Source of the DNA: an uncultured Verrucomicrobiae bacterium
GTDB lineage: Bacteria > Verrucomicrobiota > Verrucomicrobiia > Chthoniobacterales > UBA10450
Assembly: GCA_963834385.1 (NCBI GenBank)
Contig: CAWIBO010000005.1
Span: 96,001-160,000, forward strand
Direction: 5' to 3'
Length of the DNA stretch: 64,000 nucleotides
In this document: positions 11,319 through 21,290 of the stretch, one piece after another
How positions within the stretch are numbered: the first letter of the stretch is position 1
Layout of the letters: each line of letters opens with the position of its first letter
Notes under the pieces: generated by a model
The model's database searches: none
Seen by the model: only the letters and a program-made list of their open reading frames with translations
Told to the model about the DNA's origin: nothing
Position numbers and translations under genes: made by a program

Positions 11319-11810
11319 CTAATAGCGCAGCCGGACCAGCCGGGCCGGGTTTCCCGGAAACACGACAAGGAGATTGTCGTAGTCGTTTTCGCCGATGGTG
11401 AACGTGAGATCGTCGACGCCGAGCGCGCGCGCGATTTCCAGGACGGTGTTGGAATGACCGACCACGAGAGTGTTGCCTTGGGCGGCGCGGATTTTTTCCA
11501 CGAGGGGAGCGAGGTCGCGGCCCGGCACAACAACAGGCTCGAGTCCGGCGGCGCGCGCGGTCGGGGCGGCGGTGTCGCGCGTGCGTTTGAATTCGGTTAC
11601 GAAAACATGGCGGATGTCAGCGTCGCGCAGCAGCCGGGCGAGCAGGGCGGCCCGGGCGTGTCCCTGCTCGGATAAACCGGGGTCTTTCTCATGCGGGACA
11701 CGGCCGGGGTCGGCGCGTTCGGCATGGCGGACAAGGAAGACGGCGGACTGGGGAAAGGCGGACGGGGCCGTGACGGCGAGGCAAAGGAGGAGAAGCAGAC
11801 GCGTCATCAT
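11319..11810 (-). CDS. histidine phosphatase (SixA/phosphoglycerate mutase-like), exported
   Basis: Signal peptide, LVRHAER, GLSEQG, RTRDTA, VVGHSNT. Confidence 0.85.
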   Translation of the reverse strand: MMTRLLLLLCLAVTAPSAFPQSAVFLVRHAERADPGRVPHEKDPGLSEQGHARAALLARLLRDADIRHVFVTEFKRTRDTAAPTARAAGLEPVVVPGRDLAPLVEKIRAAQGNTLVVGHSNTVLEIARALGVDDLTFTIGENDYDNLLVVFPGNPARLVRLRY

Positions 11811-11893
11811 CTTCCGGTCTTGTGACGAGGGAAAGGAGGGCGGGCGCGGGAGAAGCATGACCTTCTTCCGCGCCCGGACTGCGTGCCGCGACC

Positions 11894-12043
11894 TTACTTG
11901 CCGATGAGGATAAAGATGCCGGCGAGGAGGGCGAGGATGCCGAGCAGGATGCCCGGGATGGCCACGCCCGCGAGGAGGACGATCCCCTGGAGGATGAGAT
12001 AGATCGCGAGCAGAAGCATGCCGATGGATTTGGTGAAGTTCAT
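11894..12043 (-). CDS. 49-aa two-helix membrane protein
   Basis: MNFTKSIGMLLLAIYLILQG...LAGIFILIGK, GC3-biased codons. Confidence 0.7.
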   Translation of the reverse strand: MNFTKSIGMLLLAIYLILQGIVLLAGVAIPGILLGILALLAGIFILIGK

Positions 12044-12146
12044 GCGCGCATCCTGAGTCGCGCGCGGGGGAAGTCGAGCGGGAAAAATGCCGGGCGGGCG
12101 GGATGCGGCGTGACGGCCTTCTCCGGGCCGCCTAGGATGCCGGTTC

Positions 12147-12704
12147 ATGACGTTGCCGGCCTGGCTGGGGATGATCTTTCTGGTTTCCGAGCTGCTGCTC
12201 ACGCTGACCCGTCGTTCACGGGGGAGCGGGGTGCGGCAGGATCGCAGCACCCTGCGCTTTATCTGGGTGGTCATTGCCGCCAGCGTGGCCGCCGGGCTTT
12301 GGACGGCGGACGCGTTCCCGCGGGCGGCGTTTTCGTTCCCGAAGGGGTTGGGAGGGCTGGCGGTGTTCCTTTTTGCGGGCGGACTCGCGCTGCGCTGGTG
12401 GGCGATTGTGGTGCTGGGGCGTTTCTTCACCGTGGACGTGCAGGTGGCGCCCGACCATGAACTGGTCGAGCGCGGACCGTTTCGCCTGGTCCGGCATCCC
12501 TCCTACTCGGGCGTCCTGCTGGCGTTTGTGGGATTTTCCCTTTCGCTGGAGAACTGGGCCGCTTTTGTCGTGATCATGGTGCCGGTGGTCGCGGTGTTCC
12601 TCCACCGGATAAAGGTGGAGGAAGCGGCGCTGACCGCGGCGCTGGGCGAACCGTACCGGGCCTACACGCGAAGGACGCGCCGGCTTCTTCCTTTTATCTA
12701 TTAG
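12147..12704 (+). CDS. isoprenylcysteine carboxylmethyltransferase (ICMT) family protein
   Basis: LGRFFT, HELVERGPFRLVRHPSYSG, RIKVEEAAL, YRAY..RT.RLLP. Confidence 0.9.
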   Translation: MTLPAWLGMIFLVSELLLTLTRRSRGSGVRQDRSTLRFIWVVIAASVAAGLWTADAFPRAAFSFPKGLGGLAVFLFAGGLALRWWAIVVLGRFFTVDVQVAPDHELVERGPFRLVRHPSYSGVLLAFVGFSLSLENWAAFVVIMVPVVAVFLHRIKVEEAALTAALGEPYRAYTRRTRRLLPFIY

Positions 12705-12755
12705 AAGCGGCGGCCCGGGCTTGCCATTGCGCGCCGGTCCTGTCTCGAATGGGGG

Positions 12756-13196
12756 ATGAACCCGCCTGACTCCTCCCCATCGCCCGCGGCCGGCTCACGC
12801 TGGACATTCTTCCGCGACGTCTTCGTGTTTCAGGGAAAAATGATGGTCGATAACGCGCGCGATTTTCTCCTTATCCCGGTCTCGCTCACCGCGGCCCTGT
12901 TTGATCTGCTCGTCGATGGCGGGCGCCGGGGCACCTTCTTTTACCAGGTGCTGCGCTGGGGGGCGGAGAGCGAGAAAATCATCGACGTTTACAGTCCGCT
13001 GACGCGCAGCGGCGAGGAGAAGGTATCGGGGGCCGCCTTCACGATCGACGCCGTGGTGGGAAAACTCGAGAGCGTGGTGGTGCGGGAGTGGGCGCGGGGC
13101 GGGACCGCCGCCAGTGTGAAAGCGGCCATGGACCGGGCGGCGGAACAGTTGCGAGGAGAAGGAGGAGGGGAGGGGGAGCGGGAGCGTGAATCGTGA
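12756..13196 (+). CDS. hypothetical protein
   Basis: 146-aa ORF, RDVFVFQGKMMVDNARDFLLIPVSL segment looks conserved; function unknown. Confidence 0.65.
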   Translation: MNPPDSSPSPAAGSRWTFFRDVFVFQGKMMVDNARDFLLIPVSLTAALFDLLVDGGRRGTFFYQVLRWGAESEKIIDVYSPLTRSGEEKVSGAAFTIDAVVGKLESVVVREWARGGTAASVKAAMDRAAEQLRGEGGGEGERERES

Positions 13197-13530
13197 GTGG
13201 TGAATTGTGAATGGTGGGAGTGGAACGAACGCGGTTATTCGTTATTCGTTATCAGGGTTCCGAGTTCAGGGTTCGGGGTTCAGATCACGGATCACCGATC
13301 ACGGCTTCTTCCCCTTCCTGCCTTCCTGGTTTCCTAATTCATCCCTTCTTCCTGATTTCAGCTTGTCAGCGTTTCAGTTGTCAGTTTTTCCGGAACGGAG
13401 GGGGGACGATTACGATTACGAGCACGAGTATGAGCACGAGAAGCCATTCTCTATCCTCATTCTTTTCCTGCCTTCCTGGTTTCCAAATTCAAAATTTCTT
13501 TTTCCTGAGTTCCTTCCTTCCTGATTCATC
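13185..13530. repeat. intergenic mosaic of short tandem-repeat families
   Basis: gtgaatc-type, ttattcg x2-3, agggttc-type x4, gatcacg x3, ttcctg-type, ttcag-type and cgatta/cgagca units in series. Confidence 0.85.
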
Positions 13531-13544
13531 ACAAGTATGAGGAC

Positions 13545-14741
13545 GTGAAACGCGGGCAGGTTATCGCGGATTTTTTCGGGCTGCGGCGCAATCTGGTCCT
13601 GCTGCTGGTCGCCATCTTCGTCATCGGGGCGGGGGAGGAACTCTGGATGCGGTTTCTCCCGAAATACCTGCAGGCGGTGGGCGCGACCGTCTTTATCATC
13701 GGGCTTTTCGACGGGTTGCGCACGGTGCTGGGAGCGCTTTACGCCTACCCCGGGGGCGTGCTCGTCGATCGCTTCGGTCATCGCCGCGCCCTTATCGCCT
13801 TTAACCTTCTCTCGGTGGCGGGCTACGCCCTTGTCCTCCTGATCCCGAACTGGGGCGGCGTCATCGCCGGGATGTTCCTGTTCCTTTCCTGGAGCTGCTT
13901 TTCCCTCCCGGCCACCTTCTCGCTCGTGGCGGCTTCGCTCAGCGCCGACCGCTACGCCATGGGCATTGGGGTCCAGTCCGTGATCAAGCGCGCCCCGATC
14001 ATGATCGCGCCCATCCTCGGCGGCATCCTGATTGATCAATACGGGATCGTCACGGGAACGCGGATCGGGCTCGGCATTTCCATCCTTCTTTCTTTGGCGA
14101 CGATCTTCGTCCAGCGCGGCGTGCGCGAGGAAGCGCCGGCGGGCCCGCCGCTGGAGCGCTGGGGATTCTGGCGCAGCCTCGGGAGTTTCAACGCGCCGCT
14201 GCGCCGGCTGCTCCTGAGCGACATCCTGGTGCGCTTTTGCGAACGGATCCCGTTTGCCTGGGTGGTGATTTACGCCATGGACACGCTCAACATGAGCGCG
14301 CGCCAGGTCGGGCTGCTCACCACCATCGAGGTGGCCACGGCCGCCGCCTGCATCATTCCGACCTCGTATTATGCCGACAAGTTCGGCCGGGAACGGTTTG
14401 TCCTCGTCACCTTCGTCATGTTCACCCTGTTTCCCCTGAGCCTGCTGGCGGCGAGCTCGTTTGGCCTGCTGGCCCTGGCTTTCTTTGTCCGCGGCTTGAA
14501 AGAGTTCGGCGATACCGCGCGCAAGGCGCTGATCGTCACGTTTTGCCCGCCCGGCCGGCGCGGCCAGATGGTGGGGGCGTATTACCTGGTGCGCGACCTG
14601 ATTGTGAGCCTGGCCGCGCTTCTCGGCGCCTTGCTCTGGAAGTTCGGGCCGGCGGTGAACTTCTACGGCGCCGCCCTCATGGGGGTGGCGGGGACGGTGG
14701 TTTACGCGCTCTCCCTGCGCGCGACAAAGGCGAAAGCCTAG
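13545..14741 (+). CDS. MFS transporter
   Basis: ~12 TM helices, GGVLVDRFGHRR and YADKFGRE loop motifs. Confidence 0.9.
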   Translation: MKRGQVIADFFGLRRNLVLLLVAIFVIGAGEELWMRFLPKYLQAVGATVFIIGLFDGLRTVLGALYAYPGGVLVDRFGHRRALIAFNLLSVAGYALVLLIPNWGGVIAGMFLFLSWSCFSLPATFSLVAASLSADRYAMGIGVQSVIKRAPIMIAPILGGILIDQYGIVTGTRIGLGISILLSLATIFVQRGVREEAPAGPPLERWGFWRSLGSFNAPLRRLLLSDILVRFCERIPFAWVVIYAMDTLNMSARQVGLLTTIEVATAAACIIPTSYYADKFGRERFVLVTFVMFTLFPLSLLAASSFGLLALAFFVRGLKEFGDTARKALIVTFCPPGRRGQMVGAYYLVRDLIVSLAALLGALLWKFGPAVNFYGAALMGVAGTVVYALSLRATKAKA

Positions 14742-15157
14742 GCCGGGCAGACGGACGCGAGCAGCTCGCGCACGCAGTTGATCAGCCCGCCGACCGGGAA
14801 CGGTTTGACGAGGTATTTCACTTCCTGCGTCTCGAGGAATTCCTTGATCGCGGGGTCGGCGGCATGGCCGGTAATGAAGATGAAGCGATCAGCCAGGCCG
14901 GGGCGCAGCTCGGTCGCCTTGAAGAAGAGTTCGTCGCCGCGCAGCCGGGGCATCATCAGGTCGCAGACGACCGCGTCGTATTCGTTCACCTTGATCTTGA
15001 GCAGGGCCTCGGCGCCGTCGTAGGCCAGGTCGACCAGAAAATTCTCATCCGCCAGGATCCATTGCAGGGCGGAGGCGAGCTGACGGTCGTCGTCCACGAG
15101 GAGAATGGCCTTGAGGGAGAGACTGTTGACGGGTGAATCGAGCGAGGATTGGTCCAT
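14738..15157 (-). CDS. single-domain response regulator (receiver)
   Basis: ILLVDDD, VVCDLMMPRLRG, FITG, LVKPF. Confidence 0.9.
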   Translation of the reverse strand: MDQSSLDSPVNSLSLKAILLVDDDRQLASALQWILADENFLVDLAYDGAEALLKIKVNEYDAVVCDLMMPRLRGDELFFKATELRPGLADRFIFITGHAADPAIKEFLETQEVKYLVKPFPVGGLINCVRELLASVCPA

Positions 15158-15276
15158 GGCAGGTGCCACTCTCCAAGCAGTCCCGATGCCACGGGGGGAA
15201 GAACGATGGGGGCGCCGGGTTCCCGGGTCCCATTTTTCGGGCTTTCCTGCCTGCGCAATTGAGGGAATTCTGCGGC

Positions 15277-16587
15277 GTGAACAGGTTCACCCTCATCGGC
15301 AGCGGTCTGGCCGGTGGGCTGCTGGCCGGGTTCCTCGGCCGGCGGGGCGACGAGGTGGCCTTGTACGAGCGCCGGCCCGATCCCGAGGCCGGCAACCAGG
15401 TCGGCGGCCGGTCCATCAACCTGGCCCTCTCCGCGCGCGGACTGCATGCGCTCAGCCAGCTTGGTTTGGCCGATGCCGTCCTCGCGCAGGCCATCGCCAT
15501 GCGGGGCCGGATGATCCACGACAAGGATGGCACCCTCCATTTTTCCGCCTACGACCGCGACCCGGCGAAGCACATCAACTCGATCGGGCGCGGCGCGCTC
15601 AACGCCGCCGTCCTGGAAGCCGCGCGCCAATTTCCGAATGTGCGGGTCGAGTTCAACCAGCGCTGCACCGAGGTCGACCTCGACCGACCGTCCGCGACCC
15701 TGCGCGCGACCGGGAGCGAGACGGAGAAAATCGTCACGGGCGATGCGATCATCGGCGTGGATGGCGCGTTCTCGGCCGTGCGCGGCGCGATGCAGCGCCT
15801 GAACCGCTTTGAGTACAGCCAGAGCTACCTGGCGCACGGCTACAAGGAGCTGACCATCCCGCCGGGTCCCGCCGGTCAGTGGCGCATGGAAAAAAACGCG
15901 CTCCATATCTGGCCGCGCCGGAGTTTCATGATGATTGCCCTGCCCAACCCGGACGGTTCCTTCACCTGCACGCTCTTCTGGGAGTTCGAGGGTCCGCGCA
16001 GCTTCGCCGCCATGCGTGGTGACGACGATGTTCGCCGGTTTTTCGACGAGGAGTTTCCGGACGCGGTCCCGTTGATGCCCGACTTGCTGACCGATTTTCG
16101 CGAGAACCCGACCGGATCGCTGGTGACGATTCGTTGCGAACCGTGGCATTACCAGGACAAGGTGGCGCTGGTGGGCGATGCCGCGCATGCGGTGGTCCCG
16201 TTCTACGGCCAGGGGATGAACGCGGCTTTCGAGGACTGCGTGGTGCTCGATGAATGCCTCGCGGAATTTTCCGGCGATCGGGGCCGCGCGTTCGCCGAGT
16301 ATTCGCGGCGGCGAAAGGAGAACGCCGACGCGCTGGCGGACCTGGCGGTGCAGAATTTCATCGAGATGCGCGACAAAACCGCCTCGCGCGTTTTCCGGTC
16401 GAAGAAAAGGATCGATCATTTCCTGGAGGGCGTCCTGCCGGGGATTTATCTGCCGCTCTACACCATGGTGTCGTTTACCCGGATCCCGTATGCCGAGGCG
16501 GCCCGGCGGGCCCGGTTGCAGGATCGCCTGCTCTACGGCGGCCTGGCCGCGTTGCTGCTGCTGGCGTTCGCGTTCCTGATCTTTTAG
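15277..16587 (+). CDS. kmo: kynurenine 3-monooxygenase
   Basis: GSGLAG, GRSINLALSARG, GYKELTIP, ALHIWPR, GDAAHAVVPFYGQGMNAAFED, PLYTMVSF. Confidence 0.95.
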   Translation: MNRFTLIGSGLAGGLLAGFLGRRGDEVALYERRPDPEAGNQVGGRSINLALSARGLHALSQLGLADAVLAQAIAMRGRMIHDKDGTLHFSAYDRDPAKHINSIGRGALNAAVLEAARQFPNVRVEFNQRCTEVDLDRPSATLRATGSETEKIVTGDAIIGVDGAFSAVRGAMQRLNRFEYSQSYLAHGYKELTIPPGPAGQWRMEKNALHIWPRRSFMMIALPNPDGSFTCTLFWEFEGPRSFAAMRGDDDVRRFFDEEFPDAVPLMPDLLTDFRENPTGSLVTIRCEPWHYQDKVALVGDAAHAVVPFYGQGMNAAFEDCVVLDECLAEFSGDRGRAFAEYSRRRKENADALADLAVQNFIEMRDKTASRVFRSKKRIDHFLEGVLPGIYLPLYTMVSFTRIPYAEAARRARLQDRLLYGGLAALLLLAFAFLIF

Positions 16588-17439
16588 CGGGCCGCTCCCG
16601 GGTCGAGGCGCTCGACGTGCGCGTAGACGTTGAAGGTGGGTGGGCGCAGGAACCCGATCAGGGTCAGCCCGGTATCGCGGGCGAAGGTGACGGCGAGGGT
16701 CGAGGGAGCCGAGACCGAGGCGAGCAGGGGAATCCCGGCGGCGAGCGCTTTCTGCACGATCTCGAGGGAGGCGCGCCCGCTGACGAGAAGAAGATGCCCG
16801 GGTAGCGGAAGCCGGCCATCGAGAAACGCCCGGCCGACCGCCTTGTCGACGGCGTTATGCCGCCCGATATCCTCACGCAGCACGACAAGCTCGCCCGCGG
16901 GATTGAAAGATGGCCGCAGCGTGGAGGCCGCCGGTGCGATTGAAATTGCCCTGGGCGGCGCGCATCAAAGCGGGCAGGGAGAGAAGGGTCTTCACCGGAA
17001 AACCCGGGGGCGCGATCGGTGGCAACGGTGGGAAGTTCTGCCGGATGCTGTCGATGCTGACTTTGCCGCAAAGACCGCACGAGCTCGAGATGGCGCCGAA
17101 ACGCCGAAGCTGGCCGAGGGCGGGCGTGCCGGCGAGGGTCAGGTTGATGGCGTTTCCGCGATCCTGCGGGCGCGCCGAGGGCGCCGCGTCGCGAAGATCG
17201 TTCCGCTCATGGATGATGCCTTCCGCAACCAAGAAGCCGGCGGCCAGTTCCTCGTCGTGGCCGGGTGTGCGCATGGTGATGGCGACGGTCTCTTCGCCGA
17301 CGCGGATCTCGAGCGGTTCCTCAACCGCGACCTCATCCTGCACGCACTCGAAGGTGCCGTCGGCGCGGTGGCGGGCGACCGTGCCGGCGCCGATGCCGCC
17401 GGGAGGGACCACGGGAGTTTCGCCTGATTCCCTGTTCAC
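16584..17439 (-). CDS. fdhD: formate dehydrogenase accessory sulfurtransferase; frameshift near 16900
   Basis: VEEPLEI, TMRTPGHDEELAAGFL, SSSCGLCG, TGGLHAA, then REDIGRHNAVDK and SAPSTLAV in the next frame. Confidence 0.92.
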
Positions 17440-17460
17440 AATCCCACCTTCACGCGGTAA

Positions 17461-17946
17461 TTGTCGCTTGTGCAAATCGCGCACCTTTATATTTCGCCCG
17501 GCCACAATTTCTTCGGCCACGCGGGCCGCCCCCCGGGCCAGCATCCGGCGGTCGCGGTTTCGTCGGTGGAATGCGTGGCGGGGCGCGGCCTCGAGGGCGA
17601 CCGCTTCCTTGATCACAAGAAGAACTACAAGGGACAGATCACCTTCTTTGCCGCGGAGGTGTTTGATGAACTTTGTGCCCGGTTCGGGGTGCACGACAAG
17701 GATCCATCGGTTTTGCGCCGGAACGTCATCACGCGCGGGCAGGACCTGAACAGGCTGATCGGGCAGGAGTTTGAGCTGCAGGGCGTGCTTTTGGCCGGGA
17801 TGGAGGAATGCCGCCCCTGTTTCTGGATGAACGAGGCTTTTGCCCCCGGCGCGGAGGAGTTCCTCAAGGGGCGCGGCGGTTTGCGGGCGCGAATTCTGAC
17901 CGACGGCTGCCTGCGAGTGACTGCGGAGCGGATGGCGTCGGCATGA
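17461..17946 (+). CDS. MOSC domain protein
   Basis: GLEGDRF, RRNVITRG, CRPCFWM, GRGGLRARIL. Confidence 0.88.
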   Translation: MSLVQIAHLYISPGHNFFGHAGRPPGQHPAVAVSSVECVAGRGLEGDRFLDHKKNYKGQITFFAAEVFDELCARFGVHDKDPSVLRRNVITRGQDLNRLIGQEFELQGVLLAGMEECRPCFWMNEAFAPGAEEFLKGRGGLRARILTDGCLRVTAERMASA

Positions 17947-18510
17947 TCCTCTCCGCGGTCCTTCTCACGGGCGGCGCCTCGCGTCGCATGGGGCGGGACA
18001 AGGCGGAGATGGACTGGCACGGCGAACCGCTCTGGCGGCGGCAGCTTCGGGTATTGGAGGAACTGGGACCAACGGAGGTTTTCGTTTCGGCGCGGACCGC
18101 GCCGCCCTGGCTTCCGGAAGGCGTTGAGTTCGTGGCCGACGAAGCGGAACCGCGCGGACCGCTGGGCGGAATGGCGGCTGTTTTCCGGAGGATGAAAGGC
18201 ACGCATCTTCTGGTGCTCGCGGTCGACATGCCCTTTATCACCATCGCCGACCTGCGTGCGGTGCTGGCACAATCAGGGGAAAAGCGCGGCGCCGTGCCGG
18301 TGGCGGGCGGAAGGGCGGAACCGCTGGCGGCGGTCTACCCGGCGGAAGCCGGCGACGAAGTGCAGAAGGCGCTGCAGGGAAACGATTTCTCGTTGCAACC
18401 GCTGATACAACGCCTGGCCGACCAAAACCTCATCACGCTGTGGCCGGTGCCCGGAGGAAAGAGCCGCGTCCTATCGCAGCATCAACACACCCGCGGATTT
18501 AGGAATTTAA
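17943..18510 (+). CDS. mobA: molybdenum cofactor guanylyltransferase; frameshift near 18460
   Basis: LTGGASRRMGRDKA, GPLGG, LAVDMP, EPLAAVY; SINTPADL* terminus lies in another frame ending 18510. Confidence 0.88.
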
Positions 18511-18720
18511 TTAGGAAAGGAGGAAAGCAGGATGGGGACGGTAGCGTGAGTCGTGAATGGTGAATCGTGAATCGTGAATCGTGGAGGATCGAGCGCCGCT
18601 CACGGACCACGGTCGGTACCGCCATCCTCCATGTTCAATTCTCCATCCTCGTCTTCTCCTGGTTTCCTGGTTTCCAAATTAGAGCCCTTCTTCCTGTTTT
18701 CCTGCTTTCCTGATTCATCC
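18511..18720. repeat. intergenic mosaic of short tandem repeats
   Basis: aggaaag units, gtgaatc x5-6, ccatcct units, ttcctg units. Confidence 0.8.
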
Positions 18721-21124
18721 TGTTCCCCGAATGAGGTCGTCCACGGCGCGTTGAGTTCCCTGTTCCGAGGCCGGCGTGATGCGGATGACGACGCTTTTGC
18801 TGGCGGGGGTGTTGCTGCGAAGGGCGGTGTGGTTGAGCGGCACAAGGACGTTGGCTTCCGGGAAATAGGTCGCGGCGCAGCGCCGGGGAATCTGGAAGGG
18901 CGCGACCATGAACCCGCGCGCGACGCGTTCTTCGCCCTCGTGAATGCTGGTGAGATCGACCACCTGTCCCTGTTGCAGGCCGGCGGCGGAAACATCCTCG
19001 GGGTTCAGGAAAACCACCCGGCGTCCGCGATAAATGCCGCGGTAGCGATCGTTCAACCCATAAATCGTGGTGTTAAACTGGTCGTGACTCCGGATCGACA
19101 TCATGAGGTATTCCCCTTCGCCGAGGGAGACGGAGTCGAGCGGCGAAACAATGAAGCGGGCCTTGCCGGTGGCGGTGTGAAACCGGCGATGATCGCGCGC
19201 GGCATTGGGCAGATAGAAAACATCGCGTCGGATGCGCTCATTGAAGTTCTCGAACCCCGGCACCACCCGGGCGATGTGATCGCGGATCCGGTCGTAATTC
19301 CCCGCCAGCTCCTCCCAGTGCACCGTGCTCCGACCATCCAGGGTGGCGCGGGCCAGGCCGGCCACGATGGCGGGTTCGCTGCGCAAATTCCCCGAGGCCG
19401 GCTCGAGGTGTCCGCGGGACGGGCTGATGATGCCCATGGAATCCTCCACGGTGACGAATTGTTCGCCCGAGATCTGCCGATCAATCTCGGCCCGTCCGAG
19501 GCACGGCAGGATGAGGGCGATTTCGCCGGTGACCAGGTGTGACCGGTTCAACTTGGTCGAGACGTGCGCGGTGACCCGGCAGGATTGCAGGGCGCGGGCG
19601 GTGCCGTCGGTATCGGGCGCCGCGGAGAGAAAATTGCCGCCGAGACCGAAGAAGAAGCGGATGGCGCCGGCCTGCATCCGGCGAATGGTGTCGACGGTAT
19701 CGACCCCGTGCGCGCGCGGCGGATTGAAAGCGAACTCGGCTCCGAGCCGGTCGAGAAAAGCGTCGCTCATCTTTTCCCAGATCCCCATGGTCCGGTCGCC
19801 CTGGACGTTGGAATGTCCGCGGACGGGACAAGGCCCGGCGCCGGGGCGTCCGATGTGGCCGCCGAGAAGGAGAAAGTTCATCACCTCCTGAATGGTGGCG
19901 ACGGCGTTGCGGTGCTGGGTCAGGCCCATGGCCCAGCAACAAATGATGCGCTTCGCCTTCATCGCGATGTCGGCGGCGGCCCGGATCTGGTCGCGGGTGA
20001 GACCGCTCCCGGAGAGGATTTCGGGCCAGGGCGTGGCGCGGGCGTGCTCGAGGTATTCCGCAAACCCGGAGGTGTGTTCGCGGATGAACTCGTGGTCAAA
20101 GACCGTCCCGGGGGCTCGTTCCTCGGCTTCGATCATCTCCCTGACCATCCCGCGGAGGGCCGCGAGATCGCCGTTGATCCGGATGGGCAGCCAGAGATCG
20201 CTGATGGCGCGTGCCGCGGTTCAGCAGCATTTTCGCCGGATACTTGAGGATGTTGCGATACTCCTGCGGGTTCGGGTTGACCACCTCCATCAGGCCGGGT
20301 TCGGGGAGGGGATTGAGAGCGACGATGCGGGCTCCGTTTCGTTTTGCCTCCTCCAGCGTGCTCAGCATGCGCGGATGATTGGTGCCCGGGTTTTGTCCCA
20401 GGATGAAGATCGCGTCCGCCTGCGCGAAATCCGAGAGCTTCACGCAGCCTTTGCCGACGCCGATGCTTTCGCCGAGCGCTTCGCCGCTCGATTCGTGGCA
20501 CATGTTCGAGCAGTCCGGCAGGTTGTTGGTGCCGAATTGGCGCACGAAGAGCTGGTAAAGAAACGCGGCCTCGTTGCTGGTGCGTCCGCTGGTGTAGAAG
20601 GCCGCCGCGTCCGGCGACGGCAGCGCGTTTAGCTCCCGGCCGAGAAGGGCAAAGGCTTCATCCCACGCGATTGGCTGGTAATGCGAAGCGCCGGCCCGTT
20701 TCACCATGGGCTCCACCAGGCGCCCCTGTTGCTCGAGCCAGTAATCGCTCCGCTCCCGCAGGTCGGCCAGGCTGTGCTCGCGAAAAAATTCCGCGCCGAT
20801 GTGCCGTCGCGTCGTTTCGCTCGCGATGGCCTTGGCGCCGTTCTCGCAGAATTCAAAGATGTTGCGATCGTGATCGGGACTCGGCCAGGCGCAGCTCTGG
20901 CAATCGAAGCCCTCCTTCTTGTTCACTTTCAGCCAGGTGCCGAGGCCGCGGAGCAGGCCGGTCTCGCGGGTGGCAAAGCGCAGGCTTTCGATGATTGCCT
21001 TGAGCCCGGCCGCGACGCGATGCGGTTCCTTCTGCCGCGGGGCGGTGGTTTCCGCCGGGGTGCGACCGGAGGCAAGACCTTTCGCGTGGTCTCCCGCCCT
21101 TTCCCGGCCGTTGGCGTCCTGCAT
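18715..21124 (-). CDS. FdhF/YdeP family molybdopterin oxidoreductase; frameshift near 20210
   Basis: GFDCQSCAWP, EFCENGAKA, YTSGRTSNE, NNLPDCSNMCHE, PVRGHSNVQGDRTMGI, RSHDQFNTTIYG. Confidence 0.92.
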
Positions 21125-21290
21125 TCGGAAAGAATATCTGAAAATAGGAAGATGTGGAGGGCGGGGAGGCAGGAGCGGCGGCCGGGCGGGGTGGAAGAGG
21201 CTTGCGCTCAGGCCCGGCGGTCCGGTAACCTGAGGAAGCAATCCGGCGGCGCGAGGGCGGAGCATCAACCGCTAACCGAAAGGAGTTCGT

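Noticed and set aside
12147..12704. ICMT-family gene as MddA (methanethiol methyltransferase) partnering mtoX
   Set aside because: Shorter generic ICMT-like protein, more than 8 kb from mtoX; no specific evidence.
13207..13540. ORFs of 105 and 109 aa
   Set aside because: They are translations of the tandem-repeat mosaic (FLPSWFPNS, DYDYEHEYEHE), not credible genes.
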